Assembly (NCBI GenBank): GCA_040879165.1
Contig: JBBDKV010000013.1
Coordinates: 71,967-135,966 of the forward strand
Direction of reading: 5' to 3'
Origin: Patescibacteria group bacterium
GTDB lineage: Bacteria > Patescibacteriota > Microgenomatia > UBA1400 > PJMF01
Length of the DNA stretch: 64,000 bases
Shown here: positions 1 to 11,023 of the stretch, piece by piece
How the letters are laid out: every line of letters starts with the position of its first letter
Numbering within the stretch: the stretch's first letter is position 1
Made by a program: the position numbers and the translations under genes
The notes under the pieces: generated by a model
Seen by the model: the letters and a program-made list of their open reading frames with translations, nothing else
The model's database searches: none
Told to the model about the DNA's origin: nothing

Positions 1-528
1 GTCTGCTTGGTAATTATGAAGATCGGCAAGAAGCGCCAGCGTTTCGAGTAGCGTATCCACACCGTTGCCCGTTTGCGCAGAAATTTCCACCGTGTCAATG
101 TCTCCCCCAAATCCCTGCACCAGCAAGTCATGCTGAGCAAGCTCGGCTTTGACCACGTCAGGGTAGACATTAGGCAGATCCATTTTGTTGATCGCCACCA
201 CTACCTGCACATTTGCAGACTTGATGTGGCGAATTGACTCGATAGTTTGTGGCTTCACACTATCATCTGCTGCTACCACGAGTATCACGATGTCAGTCAA
301 CTCCGCTCCACGTTGACGCATTTTGTTAAAGGCCGCGTGACCAGGGGTATCAATAAAAGTGAGTGGCTTGCCCTGAAATTCAATTTGATACGCGCCAACA
401 TGCTGTGTAATGCCCCCAGCTTCACGAGCTGCCACACGAGATTTGCGAATGTAATCCAGGAGTGTGGTCTTACCATGGTCAACGTGACCCATGATAGTGA
501 TTACTGGTGGTCGGGTGACTAAAGACAT
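1..528 (-). CDS. infB: Translation initiation factor IF-2 (5' part, runs off window); lacks N-terminal domain
   Basis: Manual translation from ATG at 528 gives [28 protein letters not shown]...GGITQHVG...IDTPGHAAF, the IF2 G-domain; directly downstream of nusA. Confidence 0.96.
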   Translation of the reverse strand, partial: MSLVTRPPVITIMGHVDHGKTTLLDYIRKSRVAAREAGGITQHVGAYQIEFQGKPLTFIDTPGHAAFNKMRQRGAELTDIVILVVAADDSVKPQTIESIRHIKSANVQVVVAINKMDLPNVYPDVVKAELAQHDLLVQGFGGDIDTVEISAQTGNGVDTLLETLALLADLHNYQAD

Positions 529-540
529 GCGTACTATCCT

Positions 541-1872
541 TTATTTTTGTTCTTCAGGATCACTGGCTGGCGCTTCGGCAGCATCTACCGTTTCAGCTGA
601 TCGAGTATTTGCTGCAGCATATTGCGCATCAAGCTCAGCTTGCTCAACTTCGTATGCTGCTACTTTTTTCTCAAGTAGCTCCATTTGATCTGACTCAAGT
701 TCAAAATTTTGCCACTTGTCCTTAAAGCGAGTTAAGTCTGCAAGCGTGGTCAGTTTGTGTTGAATAAGCAGCTCACGAGTTTCGTCAGCCAATCCTTTGA
801 AAGTATCTATTTCATACTCTTCTGTACCAGTTACTTGAGATTCAATCTGACCAGCCGCTGATTTAACCGTGATTTTATAGCCTGTAAGCTTGGCTGCTAA
901 ACGAACATTCTGACCACCGCGCCCTATTGCCAACGACAATTGGTCATCCGGCACAGTGACAACTGCCACATGCTCTGCTTCATTCAATTCAACAGTCAAG
1001 TGCTCTGCTGGAGCAAGCGCTGCCTGGAGCAAGAGATTCATATCGTCTGAATGAGGAATAATGTCTAATTTTTCATTATTTAATTCGCGAATTACCTCCT
1101 GAACCCGTACTCCTCGTTGGCCAACACAAGACCCAACTGGATCAACGCCTTCTTGAGCTGAGCGAACTGCCAGCTTAGTGCGAACACCAGCTTCTCGAGA
1201 AATCATGGCAATTTCTACAGCACCTGAAGCAACTTCTGGTACTTCACGCTCAAATAATTTAGCAACGAGCTGCTTATCAGCGCGGGAAACAATAACTTGC
1301 TTACCTTTATGCGTTTCTCGAATTTCTTTAATCAAGACTGTAACGCGATTATTCATCCGATAAAACTCGCCACGCATCTGCTCTTCTGGTGGCATATATC
1401 CTTGACCGCGACCAATGTCGAGGACGACGGTGCGACCATCCATACGGAGAATTTGCGCAGTCACAATTTCACCCAATCGCTCGGTATATTCAGAAATAAC
1501 CTGATCTTTTTCTGATTCGCGAATTTTTTGTAAAACAACTTGTTTGGCTGTTTGGGCGGCAATTCGACCAAAACCAGCCGGGGTAACGTCTTCAGATTTT
1601 GTCTCATCCCATTCTAAAATTTCTTCAGTTTCTTCATCAATTTTAGTTGCTGGAGCGCGCAAAATACGAGACTCGCCTGTATCCTCACTGAGGTTAACAT
1701 AGTAGTATTGAGTTTCCTCAAGTGGACCGTATTGTTTCCGATATGCAGATACTAAAGCCTGGCGAATAGCTTCGTAAATCGACTCAACTGGAATTTTACG
1801 CTCATTAGCTATCTGATTGATTGCTGCAGCAAACTCAGTTCGTACAATTTTGCTTTGTGATGCGTCTGACAT
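541..1872 (-). CDS. nusA: Transcription termination factor NusA
   Basis: FGRIAAQTAKQV, S1 and KH motifs (DPVGSCVGQRG, LAIGRGGQNVRLA); likely start MSDASQ at 1872 after AAGGAAG. Confidence 0.97.
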   Translation of the reverse strand: MSDASQSKIVRTEFAAAINQIANERKIPVESIYEAIRQALVSAYRKQYGPLEETQYYYVNLSEDTGESRILRAPATKIDEETEEILEWDETKSEDVTPAGFGRIAAQTAKQVVLQKIRESEKDQVISEYTERLGEIVTAQILRMDGRTVVLDIGRGQGYMPPEEQMRGEFYRMNNRVTVLIKEIRETHKGKQVIVSRADKQLVAKLFEREVPEVASGAVEIAMISREAGVRTKLAVRSAQEGVDPVGSCVGQRGVRVQEVIRELNNEKLDIIPHSDDMNLLLQAALAPAEHLTVELNEAEHVAVVTVPDDQLSLAIGRGGQNVRLAAKLTGYKITVKSAAGQIESQVTGTEEYEIDTFKGLADETRELLIQHKLTTLADLTRFKDKWQNFELESDQMELLEKKVAAYEVEQAELDAQYAAANTRSAETVDAAEAPASDPEEQK

Positions 1873-1921
1873 ACTTCCTTTATTTTTTTCTTGATTAATG
1901 ATCAAAATACTGGTTGTGAAC

Positions 1922-1951
1922 AAAAAGAGGCTCCATTTTCCCGAGCCCCTC
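1922..1951 (-). promoter_or_regulatory. nusA leader terminator/attenuator hairpin
   Basis: Minus strand GAGGGGCTC-9nt-GAGCCTCTTTTT lies between a TATAAT box (~1972) and nusA; resembles the (rimP-)nusA leader hairpin. Confidence 0.6.
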
Positions 1952-2011
1952 ACTTACACAACGAGTATTATTATAATCGAAAACTGCTTGACAAGCAAGC
2001 CAGAGTTGTCG

Positions 2012-2875
2012 CTACAACTTAACTGCTTGTAGCTTTTCAACTGCTTTTTGTTGCTCAGTAGTAAGATTTTCAGGAACTTGAATCACCAGTCGTACGTATA
2101 AATCACCCTTGCCAGATCCGCGTAAAACAGGAACGCCTTCGCCGCGCAAACGTATCAACGTGTGAGAAGGAGTGCCCGGACGAACTTTCAACTTGAGGGA
2201 GTTGTCGATGGTTTTAACTTCAGTCACACCACCAATGGCTGCCATAGAATAGGGTATTTTGTGATCAATGTAGAGATCATAGCCATCTCTGCGATATTCA
2301 GGATGTGTTTTAACATCAATTGAAACATCGAAATCATCAAATCGAATACGAGTGCCGTCGTTAGCACCAGCGGGAATTTTTATGCTGTGCTTTTTCCCGT
2401 TAATTTCTACTTCTTTGGTGATGCCTTTGATCGCATCCATGAAATCAATGGTGAGGGAGTAGCGCGGGCGGCGCGCCGCCTGCGCAAACCCACCTCCAAA
2501 AAATTGTTCAAAAATGTCAAAGGGATCATCAAAATCCACATCACCAAACGGACTCTGCCCACCACTTCCAGAAGTTCGATAGGTATAGGTGAACGGACCT
2601 TGTCGTTGACCACTGAATGGATTGCCACCCATTCCACTTGCTGCATCAAATGCTGAGTGCCCATACTGATCGTAGGAAGATCGTTTTTGTTTGTCGGATA
2701 AAACCTGGTATGCTTCGTTAATCTCCTTAAACTTAGTTTCAGCTTCAGCTTTATTATCTGGATTTTTGTCTGGGTGCCATTTGAGCGCCGCTTTTCTGTA
2801 CGCAGATTTAATTTCTGCATCTGAGGCAGATTTCTTCACTTCTAAAATATCGTAATAATCTCGCTTTGTTGCCAT
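2012..2875 (-). CDS. dnaJ: DnaJ-family co-chaperone, class B (no zinc finger)
   Basis: J domain with HPD, G/F-rich region, DnaJ C-terminal domain; no CxxCxGxG repeats. Confidence 0.9.
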   Translation of the reverse strand: MATKRDYYDILEVKKSASDAEIKSAYRKAALKWHPDKNPDNKAEAETKFKEINEAYQVLSDKQKRSSYDQYGHSAFDAASGMGGNPFSGQRQGPFTYTYRTSGSGGQSPFGDVDFDDPFDIFEQFFGGGFAQAARRPRYSLTIDFMDAIKGITKEVEINGKKHSIKIPAGANDGTRIRFDDFDVSIDVKTHPEYRRDGYDLYIDHKIPYSMAAIGGVTEVKTIDNSLKLKVRPGTPSHTLIRLRGEGVPVLRGSGKGDLYVRLVIQVPENLTTEQQKAVEKLQAVKL

Positions 2876-2917
2876 AGACTTCGCATTGTAGCATCAGAAA
2901 AAGTAAAAGTTAAGCAG

Positions 2918-5242
2918 TTATTCAAAGAGTCTGCTAAGTTGGCGTCTATGGAGTATGCAATAGACAAAACAGAAAATTATTCCTGCTACAGAAATGAACG
3001 CACTTCTAAAAAACCATGCTGGATAATAATAGACTTCCACATATTTTGATCCTGCAGGAAGTTCTATCGCTCTCATCCCTTCAAAATTTTGAACCACTAA
3101 CTGCTTGCCATATTCATCTCTAGCCCGAACACTTTCGTCATATCTATCAGCAAGTAGCAACGTTTGATCGCTTATGGTTTCCGCAAATTCTAATACCACT
3201 TTGTTGGGATCTTCTCTCATTTGCTTTAAAATCAACTCATCATCAGACTGAAATCGAAATCTTGATGCAACATCATTTAGTTCAAGAGTAGCGTACACTT
3301 CTGTGTTGTCTACAACAGGAAACTGACTAAGGTCTTCCCGTACTTCAAACCACTCATCTACCAGATAATATTTGACAGCCCAGTCACTCAAAAGTGAATT
3401 TTCTACGTCAATATAATCAATAAAGTTAATCCTAACTTCATCAGAATTTTTCCAGATCAAACTATAATCTCTGGGCAACAGTGTGGTGTATCCGTGCACC
3501 AAGTGCACTCCATAGACCATATTCCAATTAGGAGTGTACCCTTGTTGCAATTGTTTCAACACATTGTGTTCTTGTAACTCCACCTCATCAATAAAAGAAT
3601 CGCTGAATGGATCACGCACAACCAACGCTTCCCAATACGTCCCAAAATCAGTGTAGGGCATGTTGGTATTTCTTGTCAAAACTCTTGATCTACCCTCCAG
3701 TACATCTACAGGTAGTTGTTGCCGATTGCTTTCAATCTGCTTAAAGGTTGGATACACAGAATTTTCAGCGAACAAAAACATCCCCTGAGTACTGAATACC
3801 ATTTCAACTGAAAGAACCAAGACTAGTATCCAAAATTTCTTTTTGTAGTACAGCCAAAGCGATCCGATGAAAAACAGAAGTGACACCGCCAAACTACCAC
3901 TAATAACTCTTGCTATCACTGCGTCTCTTTCCAACGTGTGAAACGCACTCGCTGACAAACGATGTTGAGTTACTTGATTTAAGAAGTTCCAAAGCAAATC
4001 AGGATTCTGTACTGCCAAATAATATGTAGCAGTCAAAACCACACACGAAGCTAGCACAGTAATTACTAAATATTTGTAATATTTTTCAAAAAAGCGCAAA
4101 TACTCTAAGCTTCGAATACTCCAAAAAATAACACTCACGCTCGCTAAAATGAGCAACATACTTGGATACCTACCAATTCTCAGCAGTGGCACGGCTTTTT
4201 GAATAAGATCATATCCAGGCAAATACTCTCCAAGCGAAAAAACAATCGCAACAATGGTGCTTGATGCAAACAACCACATCCACCTATCCCATTTTTTCCA
4301 AAATAAAAATGACAAAGCTACACCAGTAATACCAAGCAGCGTTACCACAAACACAACATTGGGTTGTCCGCTCCAAGCAGGTCCCCACTTCATGCCAGCA
4401 ACAGCACTGTCAAAAAAGTAAGGAGCCAACGGCTTTATTAACATGGCAGGGTGCAACGAACCTACTTGAGCTTGTTCTAATGACTGATCCATCCTAGTTG
4501 ACTGCCATAGCAGTTGAACAAAAGGAATCCAAGCCACCGCAGAGATTATGAGTGTATAAATAGCAGTTTCCGTCCAGCTACCCATCCAACGTAAAAATTG
4601 TTTCTTTTTTTGCAATCTCCAACCTGAAATTAATACTGCATATCCAATTGAAAGCAGTACATGCTGAGGATACCCACCCAAAAACTGCAATAACACTACC
4701 ATCGCAAACAAAAGACGCGCAGTTCTATGATCTAAAATGTGCCAGCCCAACCAAGCTATCCAAGGCAACCAAGTCAAAGACTGCAAGGTAGAAAAATTAT
4801 GCGTACTACCAGCAATTTGAGTCGAAAGCATCCAAAAAAATGCAGCCAAATATTGTTGCCAAATTTGTTTTAAAAATAATTTTGACAAAAAAAACATACC
4901 AACTGCTGTCAACAAGTAATGAACAACAATCAAAATATTTAACGCTACTGCAGGAGAAAAAAACATAAATAAAAGAGTGGATGGATACAGAACGGATTGA
5001 TTAATATCCCCAATCCAAGGTAATCCAGAGAAAATATATGGATTCCACAACGGAAGTATTCCCTGCAACAACCACTGTGCTGTAAAAATTTTTCCAGGCA
5101 CCATTAGTGAAAAATTATCACCAAAAAAAAGTGTCTGATTAAAGTAAAAAGGCAAAAATCGCACTGAAACTAAGATAAACGCACTGCAAAGTAAAACTAT
5201 CAATTGATGAGAAGTAATAAATGTATGTAATTTTTTTATCAT
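2918..5242 (-). CDS. YfhO-like polytopic membrane glycosyltransferase (GT-C)
   Basis: LPLWNPYIFSGLP motif and many TM helices; downstream of a GT2 gene. Confidence 0.75.
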   Translation of the reverse strand: MIKKLHTFITSHQLIVLLCSAFILVSVRFLPFYFNQTLFFGDNFSLMVPGKIFTAQWLLQGILPLWNPYIFSGLPWIGDINQSVLYPSTLLFMFFSPAVALNILIVVHYLLTAVGMFFLSKLFLKQIWQQYLAAFFWMLSTQIAGSTHNFSTLQSLTWLPWIAWLGWHILDHRTARLLFAMVVLLQFLGGYPQHVLLSIGYAVLISGWRLQKKKQFLRWMGSWTETAIYTLIISAVAWIPFVQLLWQSTRMDQSLEQAQVGSLHPAMLIKPLAPYFFDSAVAGMKWGPAWSGQPNVVFVVTLLGITGVALSFLFWKKWDRWMWLFASSTIVAIVFSLGEYLPGYDLIQKAVPLLRIGRYPSMLLILASVSVIFWSIRSLEYLRFFEKYYKYLVITVLASCVVLTATYYLAVQNPDLLWNFLNQVTQHRLSASAFHTLERDAVIARVISGSLAVSLLFFIGSLWLYYKKKFWILVLVLSVEMVFSTQGMFLFAENSVYPTFKQIESNRQQLPVDVLEGRSRVLTRNTNMPYTDFGTYWEALVVRDPFSDSFIDEVELQEHNVLKQLQQGYTPNWNMVYGVHLVHGYTTLLPRDYSLIWKNSDEVRINFIDYIDVENSLLSDWAVKYYLVDEWFEVREDLSQFPVVDNTEVYATLELNDVASRFRFQSDDELILKQMREDPNKVVLEFAETISDQTLLLADRYDESVRARDEYGKQLVVQNFEGMRAIELPAGSKYVEVYYYPAWFFRSAFISVAGIIFCFVYCILHRRQLSRLFE

Positions 5243-5253
5243 TCGGTGATATT

Positions 5254-5943
5254 TTAATACGGCAACAATCGAATGCCAAAGATAACCCTCAATGCACCAA
5301 TTCCATCCTTCCAAGTGATTTTCTTACCCTCAGAAAAATCTCTCCCCACATAACTAATTGGCACTTCATAGATTCGATAACCGCTGCGTAATAATTTACA
5401 CGTAATTTCTGGTTCAATATCAAATCCTTTAGACCGTAAGTTCAGACTGCGCAAAAGTTTTGTGGGCATCACCTTGTAACAAGTCTCCATATCAGAAAGC
5501 GTTGTATTATACAAAATATTGACCACAAAGTTCAAAAAAGCATTGCCCATTCGATGCCAAAAAAGCAAGTTTAAGTGCGGCCCAAGAAAGCGCGAACCAT
5601 ACACAATTTCATTCTTGCCTTTTTTAATGGGCTCAAGCAGGGCAGAAATATCTTCAGGATCGTACTCAAGATCGGCATCTTGAATCATCACGTAGTCTTT
5701 GGTTACTTTCTCAAGTCCAAACCTGATAGCACTACCCTTACCGCCATTTTCTTTCCTAAAATATTTTATTTTTTTGTCTTTTACAGTCTGAACTTTTTTT
5801 TCCGTTCCATCTGTTGAGCCATCATTTACAACAATAATCTCTTGCACAACGCGCTGTGCTAATAACCGCTGCAAGATTTGCTTCACGGTTGCTTCTTCAT
5901 TAAATACGGGCACTATGACAGATAGCGAAACTTTTTTGTTCAT
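5254..5943 (-). CDS. GT2 polyprenol-phosphate glycosyltransferase (DPM1-like)
   Basis: SVIVPVFNE, VNDGSTDGT, QDADLEY, GSRF, DMETCYK. Confidence 0.92.
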   Translation of the reverse strand: MNKKVSLSVIVPVFNEEATVKQILQRLLAQRVVQEIIVVNDGSTDGTEKKVQTVKDKKIKYFRKENGGKGSAIRFGLEKVTKDYVMIQDADLEYDPEDISALLEPIKKGKNEIVYGSRFLGPHLNLLFWHRMGNAFLNFVVNILYNTTLSDMETCYKVMPTKLLRSLNLRSKGFDIEPEITCKLLRSGYRIYEVPISYVGRDFSEGKKITWKDGIGALRVIFGIRLLPY

Positions 5944-6013
5944 GCTGACTTTTTACACTGACACAGATCTTATCAGAAAAACCATAGCTTAGAATAGGAA
6001 AAAACGTAGCATT

Positions 6014-6045
6014 AAAAAATCCCCCTCCGTAAAACGGAGGGGGAT
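6014..6045 (-). terminator. Rho-independent terminator after dnaK
   Basis: Perfect 12-bp stem ATCCCCCTCCGT/ACGGAGGGGGAT followed by a T-run on the minus strand. Confidence 0.85.
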
Positions 6046-6097
6046 GCAAAACTTTTGATTTTACTCAATGGTGAGTGACAACCTCTAAAAGCGCCAC

Positions 6098-8086
6098 CTA
6101 CTCATTGACCACTTCGCCCTCTTCGGCGTCGCTTTTGTCGTTGTTTTTCTTGGTCTTACCATTTTTAGCTTTAGCAGTCTTGCCTTCAGCTTTTGCTGAT
6201 TCTGCTGAACCCTCATCAGCTCCCTGAGCGCCTGCTGCTGCTTCTGCTCCCTGAGCATCAGCCGGCTGCTCCTTCTGCATCACTTCACCGATTTTTTGAG
6301 CAGACTTGAACATTTCTTCAGTTGCTTTGTCTAACTCTTCTTTGGTTGCTGAATCTTGAGCTGCTAATTCTTTCAATTTTTTAACGTCCTTTTCAATCTG
6401 CTCCTTGTCTGCAGCTTCCAGTTTGTCACCATACTCTTTGAGTTGTTTTTCAATCTCGAAAGAAACGCTATCAGCATGATTACGTGCTTCAACAAGCTCT
6501 CGCTTGGCTTTGTCGTCAGCCGCATGCTTCTCAGCATCAGTCTTCATCTTCTCAACTTCTTCTTCAGAAAGATTGGTCGAGTTCTGAATGGTAATTTTCT
6601 GCTCTTTATTGGTATTCTTTTCCTTGGCTGTTACGTTAAGAATGCCATTGGAGTCAATGTCAAACGTAACTTCAACCTGCGGCACACCTCGAAGTGCAGG
6701 GGGGATGCCGTCTAAAATAAAACGACCCAACGAACGATTGTCTGCCGCCATTTCTCGCTCACCTTGCAAGACATTAATCTCAACTTGAGTTTGATTATCT
6801 GCAGCGGTAGAAAAAGTCTGAGATTTAGTAGTTGGAATAGTCGTATTGCGGTCAATCAATGGAGTACGAACGCCGCCCATTGTTTCCAAGCCCAGAGTCA
6901 GTGGAGTAACATCTAACAACACCACATCCTTGACGTCACCACCAATGACACCGGCTTGAATTGCAGCGCCGATTGCTACTACTTCATCTGGATTAACGCC
7001 TTTATGTGGAGCTTTACCGAAAAATTCCTTGACTTCTTCCTGAATTTTTGGCATGCGGGTCATACCACCAACCAAAACAATATCAGAAATATCTTTGGTC
7101 TCAATTTTTGCATCCTTCATGGCCTTGCGAACAGGCTCAAAACTCTGTTTAACCAGATCACTGACCAATTCTTCAAGCTTGGCTCGCGTTAATGTCAGTG
7201 TCAAATGGAGCGCCTGACCATCTTCACCTTGAGTAATAAACGGTTGATTAATTTCGGTAGTTTGGGCGCTGGAAAGCTCAATCTTAGCTTTTTCAGCGGC
7301 GTCCTTAATGCGTTGTAGAGCCTGCGGATCTTTGGACAAGTCTTTGCCCTGATCCTTTTTAAATTCAGCAATAATCCACTCAATAATTTTGCTGTCAAAA
7401 TCATCTCCTCCGAGGAAGGTGTCGCCATTAGTCGCTTTAACTTCAAAAACACCATCGCCAATTTCCAAAATGGAAATGTCAAACGTGCCACCACCCAAGT
7501 CATAGACTGCAATGGTCGAACTACCTTTTTTATCAAGACCATAAGCAAGCGCAGCCGCTGTTGGCTCATTAACTATCCGCTCAACTGTCAGGCCCGCAAT
7601 TTCACCTGCCTGCTTGGTTGCTTGACGCTGTGAATCATCGAAATATGCTGGAACTGTAATAACCGCACGGGTTACTTCGCCACCCAAGTAGCTTTCAGCA
7701 TCAGCTTTTGCTTTTGCCAAGATTTTGGCAGAAATTTCTTGTGGCGTGTATTCTGTACCATCAATTTTGACCACAGTCATGCCATCTTTACCCTCACCAA
7801 CGTCATAGGAAACGTGTTTTATAGCTTCTTTGACTGCTTTTTCCGAAAGTTTGCGACCCATGAAACGCTTCACAGAATTAACCGTTTTCTTGGAATTCAA
7901 GACCATCTGACGCTTGGCGGCGTCACCAACCAAAGTGTCATCACCTTTAAACGCCACAATTGACGGGAAGGTATTTCTACCTTCTGCCGTTGCCACTACT
8001 TTTGGTGAACCACCTTCCATCACTGCAATTGCAGAGTTAGTGGTACCGAGATCAATTCCAATAATTTTTCCTGTTTGTGTTGCCAT
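6098..8086 (-). CDS. dnaK: Chaperone DnaK
   Basis: [30 protein letters not shown]; long acidic/basic C-tail. Confidence 0.99.
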   Translation of the reverse strand: MATQTGKIIGIDLGTTNSAIAVMEGGSPKVVATAEGRNTFPSIVAFKGDDTLVGDAAKRQMVLNSKKTVNSVKRFMGRKLSEKAVKEAIKHVSYDVGEGKDGMTVVKIDGTEYTPQEISAKILAKAKADAESYLGGEVTRAVITVPAYFDDSQRQATKQAGEIAGLTVERIVNEPTAAALAYGLDKKGSSTIAVYDLGGGTFDISILEIGDGVFEVKATNGDTFLGGDDFDSKIIEWIIAEFKKDQGKDLSKDPQALQRIKDAAEKAKIELSSAQTTEINQPFITQGEDGQALHLTLTLTRAKLEELVSDLVKQSFEPVRKAMKDAKIETKDISDIVLVGGMTRMPKIQEEVKEFFGKAPHKGVNPDEVVAIGAAIQAGVIGGDVKDVVLLDVTPLTLGLETMGGVRTPLIDRNTTIPTTKSQTFSTAADNQTQVEINVLQGEREMAADNRSLGRFILDGIPPALRGVPQVEVTFDIDSNGILNVTAKEKNTNKEQKITIQNSTNLSEEEVEKMKTDAEKHAADDKAKRELVEARNHADSVSFEIEKQLKEYGDKLEAADKEQIEKDVKKLKELAAQDSATKEELDKATEEMFKSAQKIGEVMQKEQPADAQGAEAAAGAQGADEGSAESAKAEGKTAKAKNGKTKKNNDKSDAEEGEVVNE

Positions 8087-8147
8087 GTGTCCTTTCACTG
8101 GTCAAATATACTGTTAATTTTAGCGATTATAGTTAGTGTAACAAATA

Positions 8148-8174
8148 TTAGCAGTTGAGTCAATAGACTGCTAA
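8148..8174. promoter_or_regulatory. CIRCE operator upstream of dnaK
   Basis: TTAGCAGTT-N9-GACTGCTAA versus consensus TTAGCACTC-N9-GAGTGCTAA. Confidence 0.85.
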
Positions 8175-8198
8175 GAACTTCTAATTGGTCAAGTATTC

Positions 8199-8693
8199 TC
8201 AAGCTCCAAGCACCACCTTGGCATGTTGGATCACTTTGCCGTTCAACTGATATCCTTGCTTCACAATTTTGATCACAACAGCCTCAGATTCGGCTACGCC
8301 GTCCTCAATTTCAACCACTTCCATCTTTTCCAGATCATACGGCTGACCCAGGACTTGCAACTGCTCAAGACCATGCTCAGAAAGCGTTTTCCAAAGCTGT
8401 TCTGTGACCATTAATAAACCCTTGTCCTGCAACTGGTTTGCTGCCATATCCAGATGATCAAGTGGTTGGAGAAGATCTTGAATCAGTGCTTGTTCGGCAT
8501 ACTGCACCAGGTTTTGGCGCTCTTCTGCAGTGCGACGAACCAAGTTTGCATAGTCAGCCTGAGAACGACGTTGCGCCTCCTGACAATTCTGAACTTGCTG
8601 CTGCAGGACAACTAGTTGTTCTTGCAGCGCTTGAGGCGAATCCTCAGCCTTTTTAGTTTTTGCGGTTTTTTTGACTGGTGGTTGCTGTGACAT
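8199..8693 (-). CDS. grpE: Nucleotide exchange factor GrpE
   Basis: ADYANLVRR coiled coil, GYQLNGKVIQHAKV; between hrcA and dnaK. Confidence 0.95.
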   Translation of the reverse strand: MSQQPPVKKTAKTKKAEDSPQALQEQLVVLQQQVQNCQEAQRRSQADYANLVRRTAEERQNLVQYAEQALIQDLLQPLDHLDMAANQLQDKGLLMVTEQLWKTLSEHGLEQLQVLGQPYDLEKMEVVEIEDGVAESEAVVIKIVKQGYQLNGKVIQHAKVVLGA

Positions 8694-8750
8694 AGGCGTT
8701 ATTGTCTGTATTTTCTACCAACTGTCAAGATTACTTTTGTTTTTTGAAAG

Positions 8751-9473
8751 CTAATCGGTCATTTCCTTAACCAAGGAACGAACGTAGCGTACTATTGGAA
8801 TGATGTATGGATAATCAAATCGACTTGATCCAATCACTCCGATACGACAATTTTTTCCTCTCAAAATAAACGAAGTATGGATCACTCCAATTGGCTCAAG
8901 AAATTTGTTTCCAAGCTCTTGACCATAAATAACCTGTATCTGATTGTCACTAACATTGGTTGCAAACATTTCTTCTAAAGTATGAATTTCTTCAATCAGT
9001 TGCAAGACGTTGCGCATCACTTGAATGTCATAAAACTCTGGCATATTAAGCAAGTTTGCATACCCTGAGTGATACACACGGCGATTATCTATCACTGAAA
9101 TACCCAAGGCGTGTGATTTATCTGCCAAAACGTGTGTAATTTCACTCAATAAATCATCTACTACATCTCGAGTATGCCAAATTTTTTCTTTAGCTGAGAC
9201 CTCGTCGGCGACGGACAACTCTTTTTCTTTCATCAATTCGTTGATATACAGCTTCATTGCCCGAGGAGTTGGCAATCGTCCAGAGCTCGTGTGTGATTTG
9301 TTAAGATAGCCTTGTTTGGTCAGGTGTACCATTTCATTGCGAATGGTAGCTGGAGAGACACCTATCGAGTACTTGCGGTCAATGGTGTCTGAACCCACTG
9401 GCTCCGCAGTCTCAATGAACTCTTGAATAATGGCACGCAGAATTTGAATTTGACGAGCACTTAAATCAATCAT
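8751..9473 (-). CDS. hrcA: Heat-inducible repressor HrcA (short form)
   Basis: EPVGS, SPATIRNEM, HTSSGRLPT. Confidence 0.95.
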   Translation of the reverse strand: MIDLSARQIQILRAIIQEFIETAEPVGSDTIDRKYSIGVSPATIRNEMVHLTKQGYLNKSHTSSGRLPTPRAMKLYINELMKEKELSVADEVSAKEKIWHTRDVVDDLLSEITHVLADKSHALGISVIDNRRVYHSGYANLLNMPEFYDIQVMRNVLQLIEEIHTLEEMFATNVSDNQIQVIYGQELGNKFLEPIGVIHTSFILRGKNCRIGVIGSSRFDYPYIIPIVRYVRSLVKEMTD

Positions 9474-9505
9474 TCGAACAGCCTCTTAACCTATAATATA
9501 CTATA

Positions 9506-9532
9506 TTAGCAATCATAGCGTGTCTTTGCTAA
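9506..9532. promoter_or_regulatory. CIRCE operator upstream of hrcA
   Basis: TTAGCAATC-N9-CTTTGCTAA. Confidence 0.75.
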
Positions 9533-9610
9533 GTTGTCAATGTTTTGTACAGCATGACAAAGCTCATAAACTCTGGTACGCTATTTTTAGCGCTTGTTAC
9601 TAACTCTACC

Positions 9611-11023
9611 ATGCCCAGACTAAAATCCCAAACTAAACGCTTGCTTATTACCAAAAGCCTCATTTTATTATTGATTACTGCAACTTTGCTGGCGCTCTTG
9701 GTCAACGTCCAACAAATCACCGACCTACTGGGTCGGGCAACGGCTGAACCAGCAAATATCACTGTTAATACGCAAGCTATTATTGAACCCCTCCCTCGTC
9801 CATGGAGGAACCTCGCACAAGGAGGTGAGTCGGCAGACTGGCGAATGGAGCCAGTTGCCGAACATGTTCGCCCGCTTAACCCAGAGTACATCCGCATTGA
9901 CCATGTGTTTGACTTTTACGATATAGTTCAGGGAAGCTCGGGGAATCTTAGTTTCGATTTTTCAAAATTTGATTTAATCCTTGATGATATTTTGGCCGTT
10001 GGCGCCAAGCCATACATCGCACTCTCGTACATGCCACCAGCTATCGCCGAAGATGATGTGGTATCAGCGCCTCGAAATTATGCAGAATGGCAGTTCGTTG
10101 TGCAGCGGTTGATTGAGCACGTCAGTGGTACCCGTGGCATTCCAGACGTCTACTACGAAGTGTGGAACGAGCCAGATTTGTTCGGGGGCTGGAAATATTA
10201 CGGTAATCGTAATTATCTAACGCTTTATTCGTACGCTGCTCAGGGTGCAAGACAGGCTCGGGTTTCTCAGCAATTTAAAATTGGTGGACCTGCCACTACA
10301 CAACTCTATAAAAACTGGTTTGATGCTTTGGCAGAACACTCCATAGAAAATAACCTTCGACTTGATTTTTTAAGTTGGCATCGTTATAGCACTGACGTCA
10401 ATGATTTTCGCCATGACATGATCAATGCACGAACCTGGCTCCAGAGCTACCCACAGCTAGGATCTTCTGTAGAGCTGCACCTTACAGAATGGGGGCACGA
10501 CTCCGCTAATCACGTCGGATATGACAATATGTTTGGAGCTGCCCATACAACAGCTGCTGGTATTGAAATGATTGGTGTGGTCGATCGGGCTTTTGTCTTT
10601 GAAATCCAAGATGGCAAAGATCCCGCCGGACAACAACTGTGGGGACGTTGGGGTTTGATGACGCATAATGACGTTGGCTTGCGATTAAAACCTCGGTATC
10701 GAGCCTTGGAAATGCTTGAGGAACTTGCGCCTCTTCGCTTGGAAATACGCGGCAAGGGCACGTATGTAAAAGCTGTTGCTTCTCGAGATATTGATGGTCG
10801 AATTACGCTAGTACTCGTAAATTACGATGCCTGGGGGAGGAATCGCGAAAATGTCCCAGTAACTTTGACCAATCTTGAGAGCGGAGCATATACTGTAAGA
10901 ACGCGTTCACTGAGCAATGCACCCACTACTCAACAAATGACGGTTGAAGCCGATACACTCACCACCACTATTCCAATGTCTGCCCAAGAAATAATCTTCG
11001 TTGAAGTTACGAGTGCTTTTTAG
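9611..11023 (+). CDS. Membrane-anchored glycoside hydrolase, GH39-like
   Basis: N-terminal TM; YYEVWNEPD acid/base motif, IGGPA, SWHRY, HLTEW nucleophile; start uncertain (9545-9611). Confidence 0.85.
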   Translation: MPRLKSQTKRLLITKSLILLLITATLLALLVNVQQITDLLGRATAEPANITVNTQAIIEPLPRPWRNLAQGGESADWRMEPVAEHVRPLNPEYIRIDHVFDFYDIVQGSSGNLSFDFSKFDLILDDILAVGAKPYIALSYMPPAIAEDDVVSAPRNYAEWQFVVQRLIEHVSGTRGIPDVYYEVWNEPDLFGGWKYYGNRNYLTLYSYAAQGARQARVSQQFKIGGPATTQLYKNWFDALAEHSIENNLRLDFLSWHRYSTDVNDFRHDMINARTWLQSYPQLGSSVELHLTEWGHDSANHVGYDNMFGAAHTTAAGIEMIGVVDRAFVFEIQDGKDPAGQQLWGRWGLMTHNDVGLRLKPRYRALEMLEELAPLRLEIRGKGTYVKAVASRDIDGRITLVLVNYDAWGRNRENVPVTLTNLESGAYTVRTRSLSNAPTTQQMTVEADTLTTTIPMSAQEIIFVEVTSAF

